A stretch of 45,049 nucleotides of DNA from an uncultured Bacilli bacterium (GTDB taxonomy: Bacteria > Bacillota_I > Bacilli_A > RF39 > UBA660). Of this stretch, positions 14,406 to 23,716 are shown in pieces; position 1 is the first letter of the stretch, and every line of letters begins with the position of its first letter. The stretch spans positions 1 to 45,049 of the forward strand of contig CALVXN010000004.1 of the NCBI GenBank assembly GCA_944371315.1, written 5' to 3'. The notes under the pieces were generated by a model that was given only the letters and a program-made list of their open reading frames with translations, was not told the DNA's origin and did not search any database. Both the position numbers and the translations under genes were made by a program.

Positions 14406-16733
14406 ATGGATATAAGTGTGATTGTAGAAAAATTAAGTGAAGAATTTTCTTTTTACAATAAACCATACGAATATTATTTTAAGATATGTAATGAAATATT
14501 ATGTGATGATGCAAATTTAATGTATAAATTTTGTTATGAAAAAGTAGTTTTAGATATAAAAAACGATTGGAAAAGTTTAAAAATTGGTTGGTTTATTGCA
14601 ATATTTAAAGAAAATTTAAATGGAATGTTAGAAATATTAACTAAATTTGGATTAGTGATAGATAATACTAATTTTAAGCAAATTATAAAAAAATATCCTG
14701 ATTTTGAAAATACTTTATGTGATTTAGTAGAAAACGATGCTTATTTAGATGAAAATGAAACATTAAAAAAACTAATTAAATTATACTTAAGTTATACAGA
14801 AAGCAAAATGAAAAATAAACAAGATAAGGATATATTATTGTGGGAAGAACAGTTAGAAATATTTAAGATTTTAAAAGAATTAAGTAAAGAACCAGAAAAA
14901 AATAAAACTTCCATAGCTTATTATTATGATTTACTAGTAGAGCAATATAAAAATTTTGTTCGATCCCTAATACCAAAATATGAACAAGAAAAAGTAGAAT
15001 ATGATGATTTAGTTCAAGAAGGATTCATTGGATTAATTAATGCAATTAGAAATTTTGATTATACAAAGAGTTATAAATTTTCATCATATGCTTATGTTGT
15101 TATAAAAAACGCTATTAGGAAATACATAAATAAAAACATTAGATCAATAAGAATTCCTGATTCAATGTTAAACGATTATTTTAGAATAATATATACTCAA
15201 AGAGATTATTATATGTTAAATGGAAAAGAAGCAAGCGAAGAAAAACTATCAGAAATGTTATGTATGTCAATAGAAAAAATTAGAAATGTTTTAATGTGCT
15301 GTGAAGATACAATATCATTATATGATTCTTTAGGTAGGGGACCAGAAGAAGCAGAATACACTTTATTGTGTGCAATAAAAAATGAATCGTCCCCATTACC
15401 AGATGAAATATATGAAAGAAAACAAATAAATTTGATGATAGAAGAATTGTTTAGTGTTTTAACGGACATTCAAAGAAAAGTAATTGAACAATATTTTGGA
15501 TTTTATAATCAAAAACCTAAATCAATTCAAAATATAGCAGATGAACTTGGTTGTTCCAGAGAAAATATAGATCAAATAAGAAGTAATGCATTAAAACGAA
15601 TGAGAAAACACTTAGCTGATAAAAAGGATAATGATTTAAATACCTTTAGTAAATTTTCGTTAAATACAAATTATTTTTGGTATAACTTTATAGGTTTTAA
15701 AAAGTCTGAAGTATTAGAAGCTATAAACGAACTTGTAAATGAAGAAAATTTAAGTTATTTAGAACAAAAATCCTTAATAGATAGATTTGGTAAAAAATAT
15801 AATTTATTAAATAAAGTAGATGAAGAAACAATAAAAGTTGTTAGTGTTGCTATAGAAAAGATAAAAGAAAAACTTCTTGAAATACGAAAACGACAATCAA
15901 TGTTAAAAACCAAGATTGAAATAGGCAGTTTAATGGATATTTTAGATGCAACGATTGATGAAATAAAATATCTTAGATCAACTAGAAAAAAAGATAGTAA
16001 AAGCATAAATTTACTTACTAGATTATTTAATGATGATTTTTTAAGAGAAGGATTAATACCAGTTTATTTAAGTAAAACTGAATTAAGAACATATTATTCT
16101 GCTATAAGTGCATTAAGAGAATCATTAAAACTTTATAGAAAAAAAGAAAAAAATAAAAAGTATTACTTTGGCTTAACACTAAAACAAATATTAAATATAA
16201 CGGGTGAAGAAATTGAATTTTTAAAAAGGACGATTAATCCTAAATCTGCTTATTATTCAGTATTAACTAAATGCTTTGGAACTTCATTAGAAGAAGAAAA
16301 TAAAAATGAAAAATTAGATGAAAAAGAATTAAAATTATTAAAAAATGCTATAAACACAATGGAAGTGCTAATTTTTTATTATAGAGAGGAAGAAACTAAA
16401 AGACTATTAAAAATCTATAGCTATTTTAACATACCTGAAGAAACTAATGAAAAAGTAGTTACTCCATTTAGTAATCCAATGTTTAAATTATTTATTCAAT
16501 GTTTGCCTGATGAGCTACAAACTGTAACAGCGATGAGAATTGGGGCAGATAACGGTATTATTAAATCAATATTTGAAATTGCAATGTATTTAAATGAAGA
16601 TGAGGAAGAAGTAGCAAGAAAATGCAAAATAGGAATAGATTTATTTAAAACATTAGTAAGTGAATATAAAAATGAGTATGATAATGATTTTGAAGATTAT
16701 TTAATAGAAAGTAGAAAAAAATACGGTAAATAA
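14406..16733 (+). CDS. Divergent sigma-70 family factor fused to the same N-terminal domain, about 2 helical repeats and the C-terminal HTH (775 aa)
   Basis: Region 2: DLVQEGFIGLINAIRNFDYTKSYKFSSYAYVVIKNAIRKY. Region 4: LTDIQRKVIEQYFGF...SIQNIADELGCSRENIDQIRSNALKRMRKHL. These are followed by FWYNF (tgg at 15678), the repeats, then TPFSNPMF...LPDE...TAMRIG. GGGGGA RBS upstream. Confidence 0.85.
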   Translation: MDISVIVEKLSEEFSFYNKPYEYYFKICNEILCDDANLMYKFCYEKVVLDIKNDWKSLKIGWFIAIFKENLNGMLEILTKFGLVIDNTNFKQIIKKYPDFENTLCDLVENDAYLDENETLKKLIKLYLSYTESKMKNKQDKDILLWEEQLEIFKILKELSKEPEKNKTSIAYYYDLLVEQYKNFVRSLIPKYEQEKVEYDDLVQEGFIGLINAIRNFDYTKSYKFSSYAYVVIKNAIRKYINKNIRSIRIPDSMLNDYFRIIYTQRDYYMLNGKEASEEKLSEMLCMSIEKIRNVLMCCEDTISLYDSLGRGPEEAEYTLLCAIKNESSPLPDEIYERKQINLMIEELFSVLTDIQRKVIEQYFGFYNQKPKSIQNIADELGCSRENIDQIRSNALKRMRKHLADKKDNDLNTFSKFSLNTNYFWYNFIGFKKSEVLEAINELVNEENLSYLEQKSLIDRFGKKYNLLNKVDEETIKVVSVAIEKIKEKLLEIRKRQSMLKTKIEIGSLMDILDATIDEIKYLRSTRKKDSKSINLLTRLFNDDFLREGLIPVYLSKTELRTYYSAISALRESLKLYRKKEKNKKYYFGLTLKQILNITGEEIEFLKRTINPKSAYYSVLTKCFGTSLEEENKNEKLDEKELKLLKNAINTMEVLIFYYREEETKRLLKIYSYFNIPEETNEKVVTPFSNPMFKLFIQCLPDELQTVTAMRIGADNGIIKSIFEIAMYLNEDEEEVARKCKIGIDLFKTLVSEYKNEYDNDFEDYLIESRKKYGK
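15927..16400 (+). repeat. Two in-frame copies of the ~78-aa helical repeat
   Basis: SLMDILDATIDEIKYL...LTRLFNDDF...YYSAISALRESLKLYRK and LTLKQILNITGEEIEFLK...LTKCFGTSL...LKNAINTMEVL. Confidence 0.7.
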
Positions 16734-16834
16734 CATTAATTATGATATACTATTAAAGAATGGAGAAGAAAAATATGGTAAATAACATTAATTATGATAT
16801 ACTATTAAAGAATGGAGAAGAAAAATATGGTAAA
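16725..16834 (+). repeat. Perfect 52-nt tandem duplication (2.1 copies) spanning the stop of the 775-aa ORF and the RBS/start of polA
   Basis: 16725-16776 and 16777-16828 are identical (GGTAAATAACATTAATTATGATATACTATTAAAGAATGGAGAAGAAAAATAT). A third copy starts at 16829 (GGTAAA). Each copy carries TGATATACT (extended -10) and GGAG. Confidence 0.95.
16795..16803 (+). promoter_or_regulatory. Extended -10 element (TG-A-TATACT) proximal to polA, duplicated at 16743-16751
   Basis: TGATATACT at 16795-16803, with GGAG at 16813-16816 and ATG at 16827. Confidence 0.4.
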
Positions 16835-19379
16835 AAAACTGATTTTAATAGATGGAAATAATTTAATGTTTAGAAGTTATTATGCAACTGCATATAGTGG
16901 GAATATGATGAAAAACTCAAAAGGCATGCCAACCAATGCCTTGTTTGGTTTTGTATCAATGGTTAATAAAATTATCAATGAAGAAAATCCCAAGTATATT
17001 GCAGTTGCTTTTGACATTGGGAAAAACTTTCGTAAAGAACAATATGATTTTTATAAAGAAGGAAGACAACAAACACCTGATGAATTAAAAGCTCAAATGC
17101 CAATAGCTAGAAAAATTCTTGATGCTATGAATATTAAACATTTTGAATTAGAACCATATGAAGCGGATGATATAATTGGAACTATAGTAAAAATGACTGA
17201 AGAAGATAAAGATTTTGCAAGTGTAATCGTATCTAGTGATAAAGATTTACTTCAATTAATAAGTGAAGAAACAGAAGTAAAATTATTAAAACAAACAGGA
17301 TTTATAAGATATGACTATAAAACATTTGTAGATGATTATAAAATTGAACCAATTAGAATAATTGATTTAAAAGCATTAATGGGTGATAGTTCTGATAATA
17401 TTCCTGGCGTTAAAGGGATTGGCGAAAAAACAGCATTAAAATTGCTTCAAGAATATAAATCATTAGAAAACTTATATGATAATGTTGAAAGTATAACCGG
17501 TAAAACAAAAGAAAAATTGATAAATGATAAAGAAAATGCATTTATGAGTAAAAAGATTGCTACAATTTATAGAGATGTTCCATTAAATATTGATTTAGAA
17601 GATTTAAAGTTTGACTTAAAAGATGATACAAAATTAAAAGAAGTATATAATGAATTAGAATTTTATTCGTTATTAAAATCTACAAATGTAAAAAAAGAAG
17701 AAGTAAAAATAGAATATAAAGAAATAACTTCAATAAGTGAACTAAATTTAAATGAAAAAATAGCAATTTATTTAGAGCTAGATAATGAAAATTACCATAT
17801 AGCTAATCAAGTATGTTTAACTATTACTGATGGAAAAAATAACTATTATGTAAAAAAAGATTTAATTAAAGACGTATTAGATATAATTAAAGATAGAAAA
17901 ATAATAACTTATGATGCTAAAAAGATAATAGGTAATACGAAAATTTATATAAATTCAAGTTTTGATGTATCTATTGCTAGTTATATTTTAAACTATAATG
18001 TTAAAGATGATTTAGCATTTTTAGCTAATCAAATGGATTATCAAATTGAATTTTGGGATGTTTCAAAGAAAAATAATTTTGCAAATAAAGAAGAAGCAAT
18101 TAAAAAGTGTTTATTTTTATATAATATAAAAGAAAAATTAGAAAATAAATTAATTGAAGAAAATCAAATAGATTTATTTAAAAATATTGAAATGCCATTA
18201 ATTAATGTGTTAGCTGACATGGAAATAACAGGCATTAAAGTTGATGAAAATGAATTAAAGAAAATGGGTGAAGAATTTACTGTTAAATTAGAACTATTAG
18301 AAAAAGAAATATATAATTTAGCAGGAATAGAATTTAATATTAATAGTCCTAAACAATTAGGTGAAATACTATTTGACAAATTACAATTAGCTAAGGGCAA
18401 GAAAAATAAAACTGGTTATAAAACAGATGTTAAAGTTTTAGAAAAACTTGCTGAAAACTACCCAATAGCTAAAAAGATTCTTGAATATAGAGGACTTGCA
18501 AAATTAAAAAACACCTATATTGATGGCTTAAAAAATTGCATTTTAAACGATGGTAAAATACACACTATATATAAACAAACTTTAACTAGAACTGGAAGAT
18601 TATCATCAACTGAACCTAATTTACAAAATATACCAGTTAGAGACGAATTAGGAAGAAAAATAAGAAAAGCATTTGTCCCTTCAAATGACTTGCTGCTTAG
18701 TGCTGATTATTCACAAATAGAACTTAGAATTCTTGCACACATATCTAAATGTCCTAAGTTAATTCAATCTTTTATTGATGGATTAGATATTCACACAAAA
18801 GTTGCAAGTGATATTTATGGTATAAATAAAGAAGAAGTTACAAAAACAATGAGAAGAACTGCAAAGGCTGTAATATTTGGTATTGTATATGGAATTAGTG
18901 GCTTTGGTTTAGGAGAAAATCTACATATATCTAGAAAAGATGCTGAAAGTTTTATAAATAAATATTTTGAAATTTATCCTGAGGTAAAAAAATATACAGA
19001 AGATATAGTTAAATATGCTCATGAAAATGGTTATGTTAAAACTTTATTTAATAGAAAAAGAATATTAGATGAAATCAATAATCCTAATTATATGATAAAA
19101 AGTATGGGAGAAAGAATGGCAATGAATACCCCAATTCAGGGAACTAGTGCAGACATAATGAAAATGGCTATGATTAATGTCCATCATAGATTTAAAAAAG
19201 ATAACATTGAAAGTAAAATTTTATTACAAGTCCATGATGAAATAATAGTTGATGTAAAATTAAATGAATTAGAACAAGTTAAAAAAATAATAAAAGAAGA
19301 AATGGAAAATGTTTATAAATTAGATGTCCCATTAAAAGTAGAAATTGATACTGGAACAAACTGGTATGAAGCAAAATAA
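16827..19379 (+). CDS. polA: DNA polymerase I
   Basis: 5'-nuclease N-terminus LILIDGNNLMFRSYYA, polymerase motif A LLSADYSQIELRILAH, motif B RRTAKAVIFGIVYG, motif C LQVHDEII. ATG 16827 is preferred over 16812 because of GGAG spacing. Confidence 0.95.
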   Translation: MVKKLILIDGNNLMFRSYYATAYSGNMMKNSKGMPTNALFGFVSMVNKIINEENPKYIAVAFDIGKNFRKEQYDFYKEGRQQTPDELKAQMPIARKILDAMNIKHFELEPYEADDIIGTIVKMTEEDKDFASVIVSSDKDLLQLISEETEVKLLKQTGFIRYDYKTFVDDYKIEPIRIIDLKALMGDSSDNIPGVKGIGEKTALKLLQEYKSLENLYDNVESITGKTKEKLINDKENAFMSKKIATIYRDVPLNIDLEDLKFDLKDDTKLKEVYNELEFYSLLKSTNVKKEEVKIEYKEITSISELNLNEKIAIYLELDNENYHIANQVCLTITDGKNNYYVKKDLIKDVLDIIKDRKIITYDAKKIIGNTKIYINSSFDVSIASYILNYNVKDDLAFLANQMDYQIEFWDVSKKNNFANKEEAIKKCLFLYNIKEKLENKLIEENQIDLFKNIEMPLINVLADMEITGIKVDENELKKMGEEFTVKLELLEKEIYNLAGIEFNINSPKQLGEILFDKLQLAKGKKNKTGYKTDVKVLEKLAENYPIAKKILEYRGLAKLKNTYIDGLKNCILNDGKIHTIYKQTLTRTGRLSSTEPNLQNIPVRDELGRKIRKAFVPSNDLLLSADYSQIELRILAHISKCPKLIQSFIDGLDIHTKVASDIYGINKEEVTKTMRRTAKAVIFGIVYGISGFGLGENLHISRKDAESFINKYFEIYPEVKKYTEDIVKYAHENGYVKTLFNRKRILDEINNPNYMIKSMGERMAMNTPIQGTSADIMKMAMINVHHRFKKDNIESKILLQVHDEIIVDVKLNELEQVKKIIKEEMENVYKLDVPLKVEIDTGTNWYEAK

Positions 19380-19394
19380 AAAGTAGGTGATTAA

Positions 19395-20225
19395 ATGCCG
19401 GAAATAGCAGAAGTTGAAACTGTTAGAAATACTTTAAAAAGAATGATTTTAAATAAAAAAATTAAAGAGGTAAATATAATTTATTCTAAAATGATAGAAA
19501 GCGATATAGATGATTTTAAAAATATATTGCCAGGAAAAACAATAATGGATATAAAAAGGATTGGAAAATGGTTAATATTTGATTTAGGAAAATATTATTT
19601 GCTTAGTCATTTGAGGATGGAAGGTAAATACTTTGTGAAAAAACATGATGAAGAGATTAATAAACATGAGCATGTAATTATCACATTTACTGATAATACA
19701 GATTTAAGGTATCATGATACAAGAAAATTTGGAAGAATGAATTTAATAAAAAAAGAAGATTTATATAAGGTAGAAGCAATAAAAAAACAAGGACTTGAAC
19801 CAACTGATAAAAATTTAACTGCAAATTATTTATATGAAAAAATTCATAAAAAAAATTTGCCTATTAAAACAATTTTACTAGATCAAACTATAATTTCGGG
19901 TTTAGGTAACATATATGCTGATGAAGTTTTATTTTCATCTAAAATAAATCCATTAAAAAAAGGAAAAGATATTACTCTAAATGAGTGCGAAAATATAAAG
20001 GTGAGTTCTAAAAAAGTTATTGAAGAAGCTATAAAGTGTGGTGGCACAACTATAAGAAGTTATACCTCATCACTGGGAGTTACAGGAAGATTTCAACAAT
20101 ACTTAAATGTTCATAAAAAAGAAGGGGAAAAATGCAAAAATTGTGGAAATATAATAAAAAAAATTAAAGTTGGTGGAAGAAGCACTTATTATTGTCCCAA
20201 TTGTCAAAAAGAAGATATGGAGTAA
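19395..20225 (+). CDS. mutM: Formamidopyrimidine-DNA glycosylase
   Basis: MPEIAEVETV N-terminus (catalytic Pro2/Glu3), H2TH region, and C-terminal zinc finger CKNCG...YYCPNCQ. Confidence 0.9.
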   Translation: MPEIAEVETVRNTLKRMILNKKIKEVNIIYSKMIESDIDDFKNILPGKTIMDIKRIGKWLIFDLGKYYLLSHLRMEGKYFVKKHDEEINKHEHVIITFTDNTDLRYHDTRKFGRMNLIKKEDLYKVEAIKKQGLEPTDKNLTANYLYEKIHKKNLPIKTILLDQTIISGLGNIYADEVLFSSKINPLKKGKDITLNECENIKVSSKKVIEEAIKCGGTTIRSYTSSLGVTGRFQQYLNVHKKEGEKCKNCGNIIKKIKVGGRSTYYCPNCQKEDME

Positions 20226-20227
20226 AA

Positions 20228-21121
20228 ATGGAGTTTTTAAAGAAAAATTTAATAAGTATAGTTTCAATGTTAATTATTTTAATAATTTTTATGTTATCTT
20301 TTTTTTCAGTAAAAAAGGAATATGATAGTATGTATAGTAGTCAAAAAAATTTATATTATAGTTGTCTTGAAAATAAAAATGATAATTGTCTTGAATACAT
20401 AAAAGAATTTGAAGAGAATGATGTAAAGACTGCTGATACAATTACTGTATTTTTTACTTCTTTAATGGAACAAAAAGCTAGTATAATGAATTATTTGTTA
20501 GTTATATTTTTAGTAGTTCCATCATTAATTCCATTTTCTAAAATATGTAAAAATAAAATAATTAACAATATACTAAATAGGAAAAAATATAATGAATTTT
20601 TAAAAGAAACATTTATTAATTGTTATAAAAATATTTGGATAATTTTTATCCCATTATTAATATTATTTATAGCATCTTTAATGTATTCAGGTCATTTTAA
20701 TTATGATTACATATTAAATAGTGAAAGCTATTATTCATTCTATGTTTACATAAATCCATTAATATATTGCATTTTATATTTTGTATCAATATTATTTTTT
20801 ACTATATTTTATATTAATATAGGTTTAATAGTTGCAAGGAAAAATAGTAATATAGCAATAGTAGGAATTGAAAGCTTTTTATTATTTATATTAATAGATA
20901 TTATATTTGAAATAATATTTGGTTTATTAATTAGCAAGATAATATTTAATTCATTTTCATCAAGATTTAATTTATTAAATATTTTAAATATTGGTTATGC
21001 TAAAAACATATTAGAAATGATTTTAATTCCATTAATATTAGTAATAATTACTTTTATTATTTTAAAAATCATTTATAAAAGTAAAGAAAAATTTATAATA
21101 GATTGTAATAAAAATAATTAA
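20228..21121 (+). CDS. Polytopic membrane protein, probable ABC-2-type permease subunit
   Basis: About 6 hydrophobic segments. ATG 20228 with GGAG RBS lies just after the mutM stop. An ABC ATPase follows. Confidence 0.55.
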   Translation: MEFLKKNLISIVSMLIILIIFMLSFFSVKKEYDSMYSSQKNLYYSCLENKNDNCLEYIKEFEENDVKTADTITVFFTSLMEQKASIMNYLLVIFLVVPSLIPFSKICKNKIINNILNRKKYNEFLKETFINCYKNIWIIFIPLLILFIASLMYSGHFNYDYILNSESYYSFYVYINPLIYCILYFVSILFFTIFYINIGLIVARKNSNIAIVGIESFLLFILIDIIFEIIFGLLISKIIFNSFSSRFNLLNILNIGYAKNILEMILIPLILVIITFIILKIIYKSKEKFIIDCNKNN

Positions 21122-21137
21122 TATAATAAGGAGTAAC

Positions 21138-21773
21138 ATGGAAATATTAATAAGAAATTTATCAAAAAAGTTTAAAGATAATTTAGTGCTTGATAATGTC
21201 AATTTAAAATTTGAATCAGGAAATATATATGGTTTTGTAGGAGAAAATGGCAGTGGGAAAAGCGTTTTATTAAAATTAATTTGTTCATTTTATATCCCAA
21301 GTAATGGAGAAATATTAATTGATAACATAAATTACTGTGATAATTCAAGTTTTCCAAATAATTTAAGGGCTTTTATTGATATACCCAGTTTTTATCCGGA
21401 AAAAACAGGATTTGAAAATTTGAAAATACTTGCTAAAATTCAAAATAAAATTAATGATGAAAAAATTATAGAGACTTTAAAAATTGTTAATTTATATGAA
21501 GAAAAAGATAAAAAATTTTATGAATACTCAATGGGTATGAAACAAAAATTAGGTATAGCAAGTGTAATTATGGAAGATCCTAAAATCATGATTTTTGATG
21601 AACCTTTTAATGGAGTAGATCAAAAAAGTAAGGAAAAAATAATTGATTATTTAAAAAAAATAAAAAATAAAAAAATAATAATTGTAAGTAGTCATATAAA
21701 AGAGGATATAAACAAATTATGCGATAAAATATATTGTTTTGAAAAAGGAACCATTAAATTAAATGAAAACTAA
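21138..21773 (+). CDS. ABC transporter ATP-binding protein (short, 211 aa)
   Basis: Walker A GENGSGKS, signature SMGMKQKLG, Walker B IMIFDEPFNGVD, H-loop SSHI. Confidence 0.9.
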   Translation: MEILIRNLSKKFKDNLVLDNVNLKFESGNIYGFVGENGSGKSVLLKLICSFYIPSNGEILIDNINYCDNSSFPNNLRAFIDIPSFYPEKTGFENLKILAKIQNKINDEKIIETLKIVNLYEEKDKKFYEYSMGMKQKLGIASVIMEDPKIMIFDEPFNGVDQKSKEKIIDYLKKIKNKKIIIVSSHIKEDINKLCDKIYCFEKGTIKLNEN

Positions 21774-22488
21774 AGAAAATAAATATAAATTATATTTTTT
21801 AATACTATTATTAGGTAGCTTAACATTGGGCATAAGTTATGGTGGAGGACGAAATGACTTTTTTACAATGATTTTATGTTCATACTCTTATATAGGAACA
21901 ATTTTAATATTAATTTGTCTAATACTTTATAATACAATTATTATAGTAAAAGATATTGATAATAACTATTTATTTTTATGTCGTTTTAAAAATATAAAAC
22001 AATATTATAAATTTACAATTACAAGGTGCATAAAATCTAATTTGCTTATTTTACTAATTTTTTTGCTTTTAAATATAATTGTTTCTTTTTTCTTTTGCTA
22101 TAATAACTTTAAAATACCAACAAATATATACAATCAAAGCTTTATTTTAATATTTGCTTATTGGACACTAAAATTAGTTATTATTATTCTATTATTTATA
22201 ATATTATCAATATTTATTTATAAGATATTTAATAAATTTGGAATACTAATTTATAGTCTAACTTTAATTTTATGTAATATTCTATCTTACTATCAAAAAA
22301 ATATAGTAACTATTGGTATAAATAGTTTGCATAATAATTTTTCCATTAATTTTGTTAATTATTTGACAATAAATAATTTTGCTACTTTATCAAATGATAT
22401 AAAATATTTTTTAATTTATTTAATGTCTTTGGTATTAATTATTATTGTATTTTATTTAATAGGAAATAAAAAGAAAGATATAAACTAA
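21763..22488 (+). CDS. Polytopic membrane protein, probable second permease subunit
   Basis: About 6 TM segments. It overlaps the ATPase stop by 11 nt. Confidence 0.55.
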   Translation: MKTKENKYKLYFLILLLGSLTLGISYGGGRNDFFTMILCSYSYIGTILILICLILYNTIIIVKDIDNNYLFLCRFKNIKQYYKFTITRCIKSNLLILLIFLLLNIIVSFFFCYNNFKIPTNIYNQSFILIFAYWTLKLVIIILLFIILSIFIYKIFNKFGILIYSLTLILCNILSYYQKNIVTIGINSLHNNFSINFVNYLTINNFATLSNDIKYFLIYLMSLVLIIIVFYLIGNKKKDIN

Positions 22489-22502
22489 TAACATACATTA
22501 AT

Positions 22503-22531
22503 TTGACAAAATCAAAGTATTATAATAAAAT
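22503..22531 (+). promoter_or_regulatory. Sigma-A promoter upstream of fic
   Basis: TTGACA (22503-22508), 17-nt spacer, TAAAAT (22526-22531). Confidence 0.5.
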
Positions 22532-22558
22532 ACAGCAATAAAAAAGGGGGAAATTATT

Positions 22559-23716
22559 GTGCAATTTAGAGATTATATAAAGTTACCTGATGCTAGTGGT
22601 AATAATTTTTATTATCATCCAGAACAATTAACTCCAATAAAAGAAGAAATAGAAGAGTTTTTAACACTAAGCCCTGAAATATCTGATTTGCACTTAGCTA
22701 AAAAAGTTTTATTTTCTCACGAAATACAATCAAATAATCAAGTTGAAGGTTATGGTTATGATGTTAGTTTAATAGAAGATGTTATAAAAAGGAAAACTCA
22801 AAGAGTAAAAAGTGAAGTTGTTAAAAGAAGAATAGAAAATCTTTATCGAGGATATCAATATATTTTAAGACATAGAAAAATAGATGAAGAACATTTAAGA
22901 GAATTATATCAAATATTAAGTAAAGATTTGATTGAATATAGAGACTTAATTAGAATGGGAGAATATTATAGGACTGATACAGTTTATATTTTACGTAATG
23001 GCAGATTAGATGATAGTGCGATTGATGAAGGAGTATTATGGACACAAATTCCATATTTAATAGAAAAATATTTTGAATTTTTACATTCTTTAAATTTTAA
23101 TGAATCTATGACAGATGAATATATAAAATCCCAAATTATGCATTTTTACTTTGTTTTTATTCATCCATATTTTGATGCAAATGGAAGAACTTCAAGAACT
23201 ATGGCCTTATGGTATTTGTTAAATAAGAAAGATTATCCTTTTATAATATTTAATCGTGGAATTAGTTTTGCAGGTGCAAAATATGGTAAATTAATTGCTG
23301 ATGCAAAAGATACAAAAGATTTAACAAAATTTTTAAATTTTATGTTAGAAACAGTAAAATTAGAAATGGAAAAAGAAACTGTAATGCAAACAATAGCTAA
23401 TAATTGTAATCATAGATTAAATGGAGTAGATTATCAAACACTTTTATATTTTTTAAGTATGAAAAGAAATAAAACAGTAACTGATTTTGCGTCGTTTTAT
23501 AATCAAAAAAATGAAAAGAAGAGAGTATTTGAAATATATAAAGAAATGATTTTGCCTTTGATTGAAATGGATATTTTAGAAGTTGTAGGGTATTCTAAAA
23601 AAATGTTTTCCCCAGATTTAAATAATATGTTTTTAGAATTAAATCCCCAAATAGTCCCAAAAGAAGAAGAGATGCAATTAAAAAGATTGAAAGTATTTCA
23701 ATCTTCTAAAAAGTAA
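22559..23716 (+). CDS. Fic family protein (AMPylase-type fold)
   Basis: The Fic active-site loop HPYFDANGRTSR resembles HPFx[DE]GNGRxxR. GTG start with AAAGGGGGA RBS. Confidence 0.85.
   Translation: MQFRDYIKLPDASGNNFYYHPEQLTPIKEEIEEFLTLSPEISDLHLAKKVLFSHEIQSNNQVEGYGYDVSLIEDVIKRKTQRVKSEVVKRRIENLYRGYQYILRHRKIDEEHLRELYQILSKDLIEYRDLIRMGEYYRTDTVYILRNGRLDDSAIDEGVLWTQIPYLIEKYFEFLHSLNFNESMTDEYIKSQIMHFYFVFIHPYFDANGRTSRTMALWYLLNKKDYPFIIFNRGISFAGAKYGKLIADAKDTKDLTKFLNFMLETVKLEMEKETVMQTIANNCNHRLNGVDYQTLLYFLSMKRNKTVTDFASFYNQKNEKKRVFEIYKEMILPLIEMDILEVVGYSKKMFSPDLNNMFLELNPQIVPKEEEMQLKRLKVFQSSKK

Noticed and set aside
6496-16834. The sigma cluster as a mobile genetic element or prophage remnant.
   Set aside because: I see no integrase, transposase, phage structural genes, flanking tRNA or terminal inverted repeats. 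The only junction repeat is the 52-nt tandem duplication, which is not a target-site-duplication pair flanking the region.
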